From positions 716,175 to 780,174 of the forward strand of contig CP065002.1 in assembly GCA_016700095.1 (NCBI GenBank): 64,000 nt of DNA. Direction: 5' to 3'. The position numbers and the translations under genes were made by a program. Source of the stretch: Candidatus Woesebacteria bacterium. GTDB taxonomy: Bacteria; Patescibacteriota; Microgenomatia; UBA8517. Shown in pieces: positions 38,348-48,680 of this stretch. The stretch's first letter is position 1; each line of letters starts with the position of its first letter. A model generated the notes under the pieces. The model searched no databases. It worked only from the letters and a program-made list of their open reading frames with translations, and was not told the DNA's origin.

Positions 38348-39606
38348 TTTTTTACCTTACTCCATAAAGTACATAGTTTAATTAACATCTGTACCGTCAA
38401 TTCCAGATCTTGTCTTGTCGTCCATTCATTAAGTCCATGCATATTAATAGCCGCACTAAATACATTACTTGTTGGTAAACCATCAAAACTCATGCGAACT
38501 CCGTCAAATCCCCCACGAACCAAATCTTTTTTCGGTTTCACACCGACACTTTTATAAGCCTTTACTGCCATGTTATTGACTAGCGGGAATTTTCTCATGA
38601 CTTCTCCTGCATTTTTGTAAACGTGAACTTCATCCCACTTTTCCTCGATTTGAACTTTTTTATATTTTTTAAGAATTTTTTGTTTTGCCTCACTTATGCC
38701 TGTTTTCATTTTATCAATATCTTGTGAGTCAAAGGCACGAAGTAAATAATGGATATCCACTTTTGTCCATGTACCACTAATATTATTTAAACCCAAATAC
38801 GGCTCTCTTTTGTTTGACCTCTCGGGTGACAAAAAATTATTGTTTAAAATATTTATAAATTCCTGAGCCACCAGCAATGCGTTGGTCATTTTTCCTTTGG
38901 CAAATCCCGGGTGAACTGTTTCTCCGGTAAGTGAAATAGTTACCGCCTCAGCATTGAAGTTCTCTTCAAAAAGTAAACCCACCTCTCCCGCGTCGACACA
39001 ATACGCAAAATCGGCCCCCAGTTTTTTGTAATCTAAATACTCGGTACCACGGCCGACTTCCTCGTTGTTATTAAAAATTAGCCTTACCGTGCCGTGCTTG
39101 ATAGTTGGTTGTTGTATCAAAAAGCGTGCCAAATCGAGTATCGCGGCTACACCCGTTTTGTCATCTGCCCCCAATTGATTGTCTCCCAATCCCGTAACAA
39201 TGTCGTGACCGATTTTTCCTTTTAAGTCTTTCTCGGCAATAACAATATTTCCTTTGGGTAGTTTAATATCACCACCCTGGTAGTTTTTATGTATCAAAAT
39301 CTTCGTTCCGTTTCCCGGATTCTCAAGTGCGGTGTCGTAATGCGCCATCAGCGCAACAACGGGAGAAGTGTTTTTTACGTTTGAAGGAATGGTTGCATAA
39401 ACATATCCCTCTTTGGTTAGAACTACATCCCGTAAACCGATTTCTTTCAATGAAGTGGCAATATAGGTAGCACACTTTGCAAATCTTTTCTGAGCAAGTT
39501 TCGTAAGTCCGTTGGGGTCAGCTTGTGTTGGAAAACTGGCTAATTTTTCAAAGTAACTTAGAACATTATACTTATAATCTTTAAATTCACGGCTTTCTTT
39601 TCGCAT
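38344..39606 (-). CDS. M20-family peptidase, peptidase T (tripeptide aminopeptidase)-like
   Basis: MAHYDTAL, GADDKTGVAAILD and NNEEVG metal-ligand motifs. 420 aa. Confidence 0.6.
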   Translation of the reverse strand: MRKESREFKDYKYNVLSYFEKLASFPTQADPNGLTKLAQKRFAKCATYIATSLKEIGLRDVVLTKEGYVYATIPSNVKNTSPVVALMAHYDTALENPGNGTKILIHKNYQGGDIKLPKGNIVIAEKDLKGKIGHDIVTGLGDNQLGADDKTGVAAILDLARFLIQQPTIKHGTVRLIFNNNEEVGRGTEYLDYKKLGADFAYCVDAGEVGLLFEENFNAEAVTISLTGETVHPGFAKGKMTNALLVAQEFINILNNNFLSPERSNKREPYLGLNNISGTWTKVDIHYLLRAFDSQDIDKMKTGISEAKQKILKKYKKVQIEEKWDEVHVYKNAGEVMRKFPLVNNMAVKAYKSVGVKPKKDLVRGGFDGVRMSFDGLPTSNVFSAAINMHGLNEWTTRQDLELTVQMLIKLCTLWSKVKK

Positions 39607-39625
39607 GGCAAAAGTATATCAATGA

Positions 39626-40276
39626 TTACACTTTTCCACAAACTGGCCAGGCACCATATCCATCACGCGCCATTTTATATGCAGCTGTTTTAATTGCCTC
39701 TTCAGCGTTACTCCTTAAAGAAGGATCCGGGTCCAAGCCCATGGCATTTCTATTGGAAATCCAGGTTGATGGATGAAACTGATACAATCCGACATACGTC
39801 CCCGTCGCACTTGCGGCGTCTGATCTAAAGCCACTTTCACATTTGGCTATCGTTTTCATCTTTGTCGAACTTACGTTATAGTCAACAGCGTATTTATCAA
39901 TTAAATCAGTTATGGCATTCGGGGTATCGGTAGCATCAACAAAGTGCTGTGGGGTTTCGGTTGGTTTCGGTGTTGGTTCAATATCTTTTATTTCCTTATT
40001 TCTTGCCACATCGAAAGTTATACTTGCAACAAATGAAGTGGTGGGTTTTGATATCAGGGTTGGTAATGGAGTTATTTGTACAATCACGGGTGCGACTTTT
40101 TTATCATCCTGTTTTACCGCCACATCTACCAAATCGTGCGATAAGTAACTTGGTTCAATATCAAAACTCGTCTTGCTCTCTTTAATTCCAAGCCCGGGAT
40201 TTATAACAGCAAAAACTAAAACCACTATTCCCGTAGCTATTAACTGGCCGTCAACACTAAGTATTTTACGCCACAT
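39626..40276 (-). CDS. Membrane-anchored Rpf-like transglycosylase-domain protein
   Basis: N-terminal TM. C-terminal AKCESGFRSDAASATGTYVGLYQFHPSTW matches the resuscitation-promoting-factor/transglycosylase-like domain. Confidence 0.6.
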   Translation of the reverse strand: MWRKILSVDGQLIATGIVVLVFAVINPGLGIKESKTSFDIEPSYLSHDLVDVAVKQDDKKVAPVIVQITPLPTLISKPTTSFVASITFDVARNKEIKDIEPTPKPTETPQHFVDATDTPNAITDLIDKYAVDYNVSSTKMKTIAKCESGFRSDAASATGTYVGLYQFHPSTWISNRNAMGLDPDPSLRSNAEEAIKTAAYKMARDGYGAWPVCGKV

Positions 40277-40371
40277 AAAGCCCTTTGGCAGGCTAGTTAC
40301 GCAAATCTATCTCAAAAAAAACACTACTTTAAAGATACAAGAGGGTACTATATACGCTACTTGGGTAAAAA

Positions 40372-41001
40372 TCAACTTTTGGATGACGAAAATAACTTTT
40401 TCAACGAAGCTATGTCAGTACTGGTATCGTGGCCGGGATAAACGACAGTCTCTTTGGGTAATGTAAGAATAGTATCAATTGATTCAAACAACTTCTCCTT
40501 ATTTGAATATTTAAAATCATATCTACCCACATAACCATTATTAAATATCACATCGCCCACAAAAATACACTTAGCATCTTCAATATACAACGATACACTT
40601 CCCGGTGTGTGCCCCGGTGTTTTAACTATCTTAATATTAAAATTGCCAATAGTAAGATGTGTATTTTCTAAATAGTGATCAACTTGCGGTCTGGGAGGAC
40701 TATCGAGATTCAAATAGTGCTTAACACTTTTTTCCATATTATTAAGTAAAAATTCATCTTCTTTGTCCATATATATCGGAATATTGTAAATAAGTTTCAA
40801 ATCAGTTGCCGCCAAAAGATGATCAAAATGACCATGAGTAATTAAAATAGCTTCCGGTTTAGCCGACAAATCGCTAATTATCCTAGTTATATATTCGGCA
40901 TCATCACCGGGGTCAATTACAAGAAGGCTATCATGTTTTTCGTCAATAACAAGATAGCAATTAGCCTTCATTTGTCCCACTTCAAGTCGTATTACTTTCA
41001 T
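40372..41001 (-). CDS. MBL-fold metallo-hydrolase (glyoxalase II-like)
   Basis: ITHGHFDH motif, downstream His/Asp ligands (TPGHTPGS, HD). 209 aa. Confidence 0.75.
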   Translation of the reverse strand: MKVIRLEVGQMKANCYLVIDEKHDSLLVIDPGDDAEYITRIISDLSAKPEAILITHGHFDHLLAATDLKLIYNIPIYMDKEDEFLLNNMEKSVKHYLNLDSPPRPQVDHYLENTHLTIGNFNIKIVKTPGHTPGSVSLYIEDAKCIFVGDVIFNNGYVGRYDFKYSNKEKLFESIDTILTLPKETVVYPGHDTSTDIASLKKLFSSSKS

Positions 41002-41426
41002 CCAGTTTGAATTATATGTGCTGAAACATTTTCGTTTTTATCGACAACAATACTAACTACATCGATTCTATATTTGTTGGTTTTAGGTTTTTCCATTTGA
41101 ATGTAATAGTACGCAGCCATTTTAATCTTTTCTATCTTTTTAGTATTAACTGCTTCTTCGGGTAAACCATACCGAGCGGATCTTCTTGTTTTGACTTCAA
41201 CAAAAACCAAGATGTCATCCACTTGGGCAACCAAATCTATTTCTGCATATTTGGATCTGTAATTACGTTTAAGTATTTTATAGCCTTGTCTGACAAGAAA
41301 TTTACAGGCAAAGTCTTCACCTTTTTTGCCCAAATTTGAAGAATTATTTTTTGCTTCCCGCATCGGCAGGTTTGGATATTTTTTTACTTGATTTCTTAGA
41401 TGAGTGTAAAGAAGTATTTTTAGCAA
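40998..41426 (-). CDS. yraN: YraN-family (UPF0102) endonuclease
   Basis: [33 protein letters not shown]...[10 protein letters not shown]. The ORF's 5' region overlaps rplS, so the true start is probably internal (about 41363). Confidence 0.7.
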   Translation of the reverse strand: MLKILLYTHLRNQVKKYPNLPMREAKNNSSNLGKKGEDFACKFLVRQGYKILKRNYRSKYAEIDLVAQVDDILVFVEVKTRRSARYGLPEEAVNTKKIEKIKMAAYYYIQMEKPKTNKYRIDVVSIVVDKNENVSAHIIQTG

Positions 41427-41817
41427 TTAGAACCTTGTGAATATCTTTTTTGCTTGAATATTTAAGTTTTGCCGCGCCTCTTCTGTTTGCTCTTGATTGT
41501 ATTTTACTTATTTCTTTGGTGGATTTATCTCTCGTATAATAAATCTTTGCATGTCTGACACCTCTAACACCACTTTTTACCACATTAATTTCCTGAATAA
41601 TTGGCGAAAATAGAGGATAAATTCTTTCTATTCCCACTCTCTGAGAACCGATTCTTCTAACAGTAAAGGTTTTTCCTACATCTCTACCCTTGATTTTAAT
41701 AACCATACCTTCAAATACTTGAATTCTGGTTTTGTCTCCTTCTTTAATTTTTTGACTTACCCGAATAGTATCACCTACTCCAAATTTTGTATTATTGTGT
41801 GTTGCGTATAGTGCCAT
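41344..41817 (-). CDS. rplS: 50S ribosomal protein L19 with Lys-rich C-terminal extension
   Basis: L19 core ([26 protein letters not shown]...RRIG...ERIYPL) followed by an approximately 45-aa K/S-rich tail. Confidence 0.85.
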   Translation of the reverse strand: MALYATHNNTKFGVGDTIRVSQKIKEGDKTRIQVFEGMVIKIKGRDVGKTFTVRRIGSQRVGIERIYPLFSPIIQEINVVKSGVRGVRHAKIYYTRDKSTKEISKIQSRANRRGAAKLKYSSKKDIHKVLIAKNTSLHSSKKSSKKISKPADAGSKK

Positions 41818-41897
41818 TTTATTATAAATACTTTATCTATTTCGTAATCTTGGATATTTTACTATAAATTATATCTAAAAACCAGATCATTAAATGA

Positions 41898-44800
41898 TTA
41901 GTTAAGAGGTTCCTCAATATCTCCAGCAATAAGTACTGGTTTCACAAATACATAAGCTATGAGCGCTGATAGATTTTCACTCCATGTTATCCCGAAATTC
42001 AAATCAACTCGTCTGCTATTACTCCCTTCAAAAATCAAACATACTTTTTGCGACCCGGGGTTATCAAGTAATATTTTCTTCAATTGCTTTAATTGCTCGG
42101 CATCAACACCCTCAGGAATCCGAATATTAAAAGTATTGGTACCTTGTTTTAAACTCTCAATCGTATCAATTTCATCCACTAAAATTGAAATTGAATCGTC
42201 ACGCATATCCATTTTACCCGTAATTAAAACCGGCTGATTTTCAAAGAGCATCGCTTTAGCTTTTGTATAAATAGTCGGAAAAACAACTAAATCTATCGCA
42301 CCCGTTTCATCTTTACATCTGACAAATGCCATTTCTTTACCCGACTTTTTTGTAACTACCAACCTAATATCGTCAATAATTGCGGCAATTTTTACGTTTT
42401 TAACCGCACTGTTTTCTGATACTATTTCATCAATGTTATGTGTGGCTGCACTTTTTAGGGGTCCAATTATCTCACCCAAGGGTTTTGCAGACAAGGCAAA
42501 TCCCATCAATTCTCTTTCAAAATTCGCCATCTCATCCTTGGAAAATTCCTCGGCGTTGAGCAAAATATCATCACTTTCTTTGGTTATACTAGTCTTAACT
42601 TCATCGACACCAAATAGTCCTTGCTGATTTTCAAAACCTTTTGGTTTTGCAACTTTATTTCTCATCTCATCCATGGCACCAAGAAGCGATGCGCGAGTTC
42701 CAAATCGCGACATTGCGCCAACTTTAATAAGACTTTCAAGTACTTTCTTGTTAACTTTTCTTGCATCAACTCTTTTAAGAAAATCCAAAAATGAACTGAA
42801 TTCATTATCTTTTCTTACCTCCAATATCGCCTCAATTGCAGCTTGGCCAACATTTTTGATGGCTTCAAGTCCAAACCTTATCGCGCGCTTATCAAGTGAA
42901 TCTTCATCTTTAACAACAGTAAAAGCTGTTCCGCTTTCATTAATATCGGGAGCAAGTACCTTAATCCCAAGCCGTCTACATTCCGCAATGGCTTCGGATA
43001 CCTTATCAATATCGTTAGACTCCGCGGTAAGCAAAGCACACATATATTCAACGGTGTAATTTGCTTTCATGTACGCAGTTTGGTATGACACCATTCCGTA
43101 ACTTGCGGCATGAGCTTTATTAAAACCATAACCCTGGAAAGGTTCAAATAATTTCCATAAGTCCTCAGCTTCTTCTTTCGTCATGTTGGAGAACTCAACA
43201 CATCCGTCAACGAATTTAATGTGTTGAAGCGCCATTTCCTCCGGTATTTTTTTACCAACAGCTTTTCTGAATTTGTCCACTTCTTTCCAGTCATATCCCG
43301 CAAGTTCCAATGCGGTATACAAAAGATCATCCTGATAAACCAAAATACCAAATGACTTATCGAGATATTTCTCCATCTTCGGATGGGCATATACAATTTC
43401 TTGATTCCCTTTTTTTCTGGCAATATAGTCAGGAATATTCGCCATAGGACCCGGTCGGTATAAGGCGATCATCGCGTTAATATCCTCTATTCTCTCCGGA
43501 GCAAGTTCCATCAGCCACTTGGTCATACCGCTTCCACCCATTTGAAATACGCCAAAAGTTTCACCTCTGGTGAGCATTTCGAAAGTTTTTTTATCATCTA
43601 GAGGAATTTTACTTAAATCAACATCAACATTTCTAACTTGTTTAGTCAAATGAATCGATTCTTCGAGGATGGATAAATTTCGTATTCCTAAAATATCGAG
43701 TTTAATAAGACCTACATCTTCACACGCATGCATTTCGTATTGAGTAATAACTTTATCTCCGGAAGGTTCGTGGCGAACGGGGGTGAAATCCGTCATTTTG
43801 GTTGGAGAAATTACCACCCCGGCTGCATGCACCGAAATATGCCTGGCATTTCCTTCAATTTGTTTTGCCAAATCAATTATTCTTTTCGAATCGGCATCAG
43901 TGTCATACTGAGCTTTAAAATCAGGATTCTCTTTGAAAGCACGATCTATCGACATGGGAAAACCCTGCGAACCAAGAGGTATGAGTTTAGATAATTCATC
44001 GCCTTTATTGTATGGGTAACCGAGGACACGCGCCACATCCCTAACAGAACCTTTGGCAAGCATTCTTCCAAAAGTTGAAATCTGAGCCACTTTGTCTTCA
44101 CCGTATTTTTTCGTCAGATAGGCTATCATTTTTTCCCGTTTTGTATCTGATATATCCAAATCAATATCCGGCGCGCTTGGACGAAGCGGATTTAAAAATC
44201 TCTCAAAAGGCAATACATACCGTATCGGATCAACTGTCGTTATACCAAGACAATATGACACTAAAGATCCCGCCGCCGAACCTCTGGTGTTTATGGGAAT
44301 TTTATTTTTTGCAGCCCAATCGGTCATGTCTTTATAAATTAAAAAGTATTCAGGATATCCCTTGTCAATTATTACCTTGATTTCATAAGCCAGTCTGCGT
44401 TTTAATTCCGGTGTAATTTCAGCGTACCTTTTTTTAAGACCTTCAACAGCTAATTTTTTTAGTTCACTATCCGGCGTACTGCCTTTGGGGATATCAATTT
44501 TAGGGAAAAACCATTCGCCAAGTTTTATTTCGATTTCACACTTCTCGGCAATTTTTACAGTATTTTCGATTGCATCGGGAACGTCCCTAAAAAGCTCTAT
44601 CATTTCACTGGGTGATTTTACGTAATACTCAGGAGTGTCGATAAATCGCAATCTTTTGGTATCGGAAACATCTTTACCTGTCGCAATACACACAAGAGCG
44701 TCCTGCGCTTGGGCATCTTCCTTCTTTATATAATGACTATCGTTCGTAGCAATAATCGGAATTGCAAGTTCTCTACTTAGTTTCAAGACACCTTTATTTA

Positions 44801-45416
44801 TTATCTCCTCAACATTTGCCATTTTAGTAATTTCCTGTTTGACGTCGCTATTAATTGCCGTGTCAATGTAGTCTTTATAGTTATGGCGTTGAATTTCCAG
44901 ATAATAATTATCACCAAAAACATCCAAAAACCATTGGGCGGTTTTTCGTGCTTCATCATACTGGCCGTCTATTAAACTTGTCGCCAATTCTCCTGCCGGA
45001 CAAGCGGAAGAGCAGATTAATCCATTTGCATGCTTTGCCAATATTTCTCGTGTAATACGCGGTCGATAGTAGTAACCCTCCAGATGCGCAATCGATGTCA
45101 ACTTCATTAGATTTTTGTATCCTTCGTTGTTTTTGGCCAATAATAGAAGGTGGAAATTTTTAAATTTATTTCTTTCGGGACGTTTGTCCAGATCGATATT
45201 TGTGGTGTATGCTTCCATTCCAATAATTGGTTTTATTTGCGCGTCCTGTGCTTTTTTATAAAACTCAACCACACCGTACATAACACCATGATCTGTTATG
45301 GCAACCGTATCCATGTCATTTTCTTTGACATGGGTGAACAAATCTTTTATTTTGCTCATACCATCAAGCAAGGAGTATTCGGTATGTAGATGTAGATGAA
45401 CAAACTTATTAGCCAT
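41898..45416 (-). CDS. dnaE: DNA polymerase III alpha subunit (DnaE)
   Basis: PHP domain start FVHLHLHTEYSLLDG. Palm/fingers motifs, OB-fold region. 1172 aa. Confidence 0.95.
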   Translation of the reverse strand: MANKFVHLHLHTEYSLLDGMSKIKDLFTHVKENDMDTVAITDHGVMYGVVEFYKKAQDAQIKPIIGMEAYTTNIDLDKRPERNKFKNFHLLLLAKNNEGYKNLMKLTSIAHLEGYYYRPRITREILAKHANGLICSSACPAGELATSLIDGQYDEARKTAQWFLDVFGDNYYLEIQRHNYKDYIDTAINSDVKQEITKMANVEEIINKGVLKLSRELAIPIIATNDSHYIKKEDAQAQDALVCIATGKDVSDTKRLRFIDTPEYYVKSPSEMIELFRDVPDAIENTVKIAEKCEIEIKLGEWFFPKIDIPKGSTPDSELKKLAVEGLKKRYAEITPELKRRLAYEIKVIIDKGYPEYFLIYKDMTDWAAKNKIPINTRGSAAGSLVSYCLGITTVDPIRYVLPFERFLNPLRPSAPDIDLDISDTKREKMIAYLTKKYGEDKVAQISTFGRMLAKGSVRDVARVLGYPYNKGDELSKLIPLGSQGFPMSIDRAFKENPDFKAQYDTDADSKRIIDLAKQIEGNARHISVHAAGVVISPTKMTDFTPVRHEPSGDKVITQYEMHACEDVGLIKLDILGIRNLSILEESIHLTKQVRNVDVDLSKIPLDDKKTFEMLTRGETFGVFQMGGSGMTKWLMELAPERIEDINAMIALYRPGPMANIPDYIARKKGNQEIVYAHPKMEKYLDKSFGILVYQDDLLYTALELAGYDWKEVDKFRKAVGKKIPEEMALQHIKFVDGCVEFSNMTKEEAEDLWKLFEPFQGYGFNKAHAASYGMVSYQTAYMKANYTVEYMCALLTAESNDIDKVSEAIAECRRLGIKVLAPDINESGTAFTVVKDEDSLDKRAIRFGLEAIKNVGQAAIEAILEVRKDNEFSSFLDFLKRVDARKVNKKVLESLIKVGAMSRFGTRASLLGAMDEMRNKVAKPKGFENQQGLFGVDEVKTSITKESDDILLNAEEFSKDEMANFERELMGFALSAKPLGEIIGPLKSAATHNIDEIVSENSAVKNVKIAAIIDDIRLVVTKKSGKEMAFVRCKDETGAIDLVVFPTIYTKAKAMLFENQPVLITGKMDMRDDSISILVDEIDTIESLKQGTNTFNIRIPEGVDAEQLKQLKKILLDNPGSQKVCLIFEGSNSRRVDLNFGITWSENLSALIAYVFVKPVLIAGDIEEPLN

Positions 45417-45752
45417 TCCGGCTCATTATAGCAAGTTATGTAAATCCCATGTAAAGACTTTTAAGTTTAATATGTTGTGATAACATTAACTTCCAAGACA
45501 TTTTGTTGCTATTACTAATTTAATTCACTTTGTATGCGACTGTATCACTGTTCTTAGCATCGAAGTTGGTTTGAAACAAGTAAATTTTTTGCATAATATT
45601 TGAAGCTTCACAATCTTATACTTTTGTTAATTCTTCAAGCATGTGTTGTTTAATTTCATACGTCGTGTTCGGATAGTCTTCATCCTCGTGCTCAAGTTTG
45701 TCGTTTTGATATTTGTCGTGACAAACATGAAATAAATAATTATTAGTACCAG

Positions 45753-46196
45753 GTGTTTATTACTTCGCCTTTTATGTGTATCCTGAAAATGGAGGTGATT
45801 AATTTGACTAGCTATACAACCAACATAGAGAAAGAAACTTTAAATAATGATAATTTCAGGAAAGTACTTTTTACCGGCACAAAGATGCAATTGGTGGCAA
45901 TGAGTCTTAAACCGAAAGAAGAAATCGGTGAAGAAGTTCACGAAAATGTTGATCAATTCTTTCGGGTCGAAAAAGGAAGTGCAAAGTTTATTGTCGAAAA
46001 TCAAGAATTTATAGTAAACGAAGATGAAGTTTTTATTGTCACTGCGGGAAGTAAACATAATGTAGTTAACATACACGAAACTGAAGTTCTCAAACTCTAC
46101 ACTATTTACGCGCCTAGCAATCATCCGGAAGGTACAGTTCACACAACCAAAGCCGAAGCAGATCAGGCGGAGCTTGATCATCACCACGAAGTGTAA
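45753..46196 (+). CDS. Cupin-domain protein
   Basis: Two-His cupin motifs (EEVHENVDQFF...; FIVTAGSKHNVVN). A strong RBS GGAGGTGA lies inside the annotated 5' end, so a TTG start near 45804 is more likely. Confidence 0.5.
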   Translation: MFITSPFMCILKMEVINLTSYTTNIEKETLNNDNFRKVLFTGTKMQLVAMSLKPKEEIGEEVHENVDQFFRVEKGSAKFIVENQEFIVNEDEVFIVTAGSKHNVVNIHETEVLKLYTIYAPSNHPEGTVHTTKAEADQAELDHHHEV

Positions 46197-46411
46197 CTAA
46201 AAACTATAGTCGCGATAACAGCACTTGGTGTACATAAACTTAAAGTTGCTCGTATGAAAAATCATACGTATTTTAAGTGTGCCATGGCAAAGTACTTCAA
46301 TATGTCAACGCACACTCAGCAAGTTCTTTAAGTAAATATACCCGTACCCAAAAGAGTCCAATAAGTAACCGGGGGGCGTTTGATTGTCAATTATGTATGC
46401 GACGATACATA

Positions 46412-46885
46412 TTATTTTTTCGCCAAAATTGAAGCATGATGAAATTTAACTTCAATAGTATTACCGAGTTCAAGTTTTAATCTGGGAAAATCTTTACGAA
46501 AGATATGTGTCGTATTCCAGTCAAGATTGGGGTATTTATTGATTAGGTCAGGGAACTCACAAGTTATAACAAATTCCGCGTGCTGGAAATATGAATTGCA
46601 TTTCTCGTTGTCTTTGGGCTCTACTATTTCGATAGCTGAAATTACATAGTTGCGATATTTGATATGCGGAGTAAACTCGTTTACGCTTATTCTCCGATTG
46701 TCTATCACAATTTCCCATAGATTTTTGTAGAACTTAGACACCTTCCCGGTCAAGTTTTCGTATTCTTGTTTATTTTTGGTTTGGTATGCAACATGATCCA
46801 ATTGCATGTCCGATACGTCAATACCCGCTTCTTTTAATTTGTAAAATACCTCATCAAGAAACTCATTTAGTCTTTTATTGTCCAT
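46412..46885 (-). CDS. Hypothetical protein, possibly VOC (glyoxalase-fold)-like
   Basis: MQLDHVAYQT and FQHAEFVI segments resemble paired VOC metal-binding strands. Weak. Confidence 0.3.
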   Translation of the reverse strand: MDNKRLNEFLDEVFYKLKEAGIDVSDMQLDHVAYQTKNKQEYENLTGKVSKFYKNLWEIVIDNRRISVNEFTPHIKYRNYVISAIEIVEPKDNEKCNSYFQHAEFVITCEFPDLINKYPNLDWNTTHIFRKDFPRLKLELGNTIEVKFHHASILAKK

Positions 46886-47280
46886 TTAGTTAATTCCGTT
46901 TGTTAAATAATTACTGCTAAAATAATATACTGTTATAATAGCTTATGGAAAACTTTCAATCACCCAATTCCCCAAGTAGCACACAAGCCAAGGATTTGAC
47001 TACTACTAAAATAAAAGTAATTAAGCCTGTTTTTTCACCTCCAAACAAAAAGCTACTCGCCCTTGTTCTAATAATCTTTTTTGTGCTATTGATAATTGCA
47101 ATATTGGTAACCAGAAGCGTAAATACTGTCGTAGTATAGAAAACCTTTGACATAACGGTTGAAATTTCCAACACGTCTTTTGATAAGCTTTCAACTTGTT
47201 AATTTACTTCACAAATTTTGCCCTTAGATTGTTAACATGTATTAGCGTTAATCCCATCCTTGAGATTGACGCACCATGAA

Positions 47281-48615
47281 TTAGTTAGTTATTTTTTCAA
47301 GCAATTTTTCGCGAACATATACTACATTTGCTTTTCCCTCGAGTATTTTTTGTACTTGGCCAATAAGAAATCCGATTACTTGTCCTTTACCTTCTTGATA
47401 TTGCTTAACAATTGCCGGGTTTTCAAAAATTACACTATCAATCGCAGCCAACGTTTCTTCGGTACTGGCATAGCTGATCTGGGTGATTTCGATTAACTTT
47501 TTAACTAAACCCGCAGGTTCCGGATATTTCTCATGCAGTTTTTGATTAACCATAGCGTTTGCAATTGTTTTTGGACCCAGCTTGTTTCCCGTGTCGCATG
47601 ACATTGCGGTTTCAAAATATTCCGCAATTATTTTATCTTCAACAAGAAATTCTATATAACTATCAGACAATTGGTAATCTTTCTTGTAATTTGCACGTTT
47701 TTGCGAAGGAAGCATGGGCAGAGTCGCCCGAATCGCTTCGATGGTCTTTTTGTCAAAAGTTATAGGAGGTAAATCGGGTTCAGGAAAGTAACGGTAATCT
47801 TTCGCCTCTTCTTTGCTCCTTTGTGAGAAAGTTGTGTCTTGTGCTTCATCATATCCCCTGGTTTCCTGAGCGATTTTCTCGCCTTTGTTGATTAGCTCTT
47901 TATGGCGTCCTATCTCAATTTCTACCGCACGTTTAAGAAAACGGAAGGAATTTATATTTTTCAATTCGATTTTATAATTTGGCAGTTTTCCTTTTTCGAC
48001 ATCCTCAACTCGTCCAACTGATACGTTTGCTTCAAGCCGCATACTTCCTTTTTCCATATCGGCATCTGATATACCCAAATATCTGACAATTCTTTGCACC
48101 TCTTTTAGAAAACTTACAACATCATCAACGTTAGCAAAATCAGGTTCGGTGACAAGTTCCATAAGCGGTACACCACTTCGGTTGAAATCAATCAAAGACA
48201 CCCGTTTTCCATCAATTACTCGGTGCTGCGATTTCGCCGTATCCTCCTCAAGATGAATGCGAGTTATACGAATAGTTGACTTGTCAGACTTCCACATACC
48301 CAGGGAACAAAACGGCAGATCGTATTGGCTTGTCTGAAATGCTTTCGGTAAGTCGGGGTAAAAGTAATGCTTCCGATCAAATTTACTGAATTCTGCGATT
48401 TTACAATCAAAGGCTAGACCAAAACGTATCGTATCTTCAATTGCTTTTTCGTTCATATAAGGCAAAGCTCCGGGAAGACCTAGACATGTAGGACACGTAT
48501 TGGAGTTCGGTTTTACGCCAAAGTGATTAGCTGAACATGCGCAAAACATTTTGCTTTGAGTTGAAAGCTCGACATGTACTTCAAGTCCAATAACCGGTGT
48601 TAAATCATTTGTCAT
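47281..48615 (-). CDS. gatB: Asp/Glu-tRNA amidotransferase subunit B
   Basis: PVIGLEVHVEL start, GatB catalytic domain, short C-terminal YqeY-like tail. Confidence 0.9.
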   Translation of the reverse strand: MTNDLTPVIGLEVHVELSTQSKMFCACSANHFGVKPNSNTCPTCLGLPGALPYMNEKAIEDTIRFGLAFDCKIAEFSKFDRKHYFYPDLPKAFQTSQYDLPFCSLGMWKSDKSTIRITRIHLEEDTAKSQHRVIDGKRVSLIDFNRSGVPLMELVTEPDFANVDDVVSFLKEVQRIVRYLGISDADMEKGSMRLEANVSVGRVEDVEKGKLPNYKIELKNINSFRFLKRAVEIEIGRHKELINKGEKIAQETRGYDEAQDTTFSQRSKEEAKDYRYFPEPDLPPITFDKKTIEAIRATLPMLPSQKRANYKKDYQLSDSYIEFLVEDKIIAEYFETAMSCDTGNKLGPKTIANAMVNQKLHEKYPEPAGLVKKLIEITQISYASTEETLAAIDSVIFENPAIVKQYQEGKGQVIGFLIGQVQKILEGKANVVYVREKLLEKITN

Positions 48616-48680
48616 TTTATTTTCTAATTTTTTTAGTCAACATATTTTTTAGAATCACCCAACGAAAAACTTATTCTACT

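Noticed and set aside
46391-46420. Hairpin (ATGTAT-GCGACG-ATACAT) plus TTATTTTTT that could terminate the cupin gene.
   Set aside because: It lies 200 bp downstream of the cupin stop, and the T-tract overlaps the stop codon of the convergent gene. The stem is only 6 bp of A/T pairs. Too weak to call.
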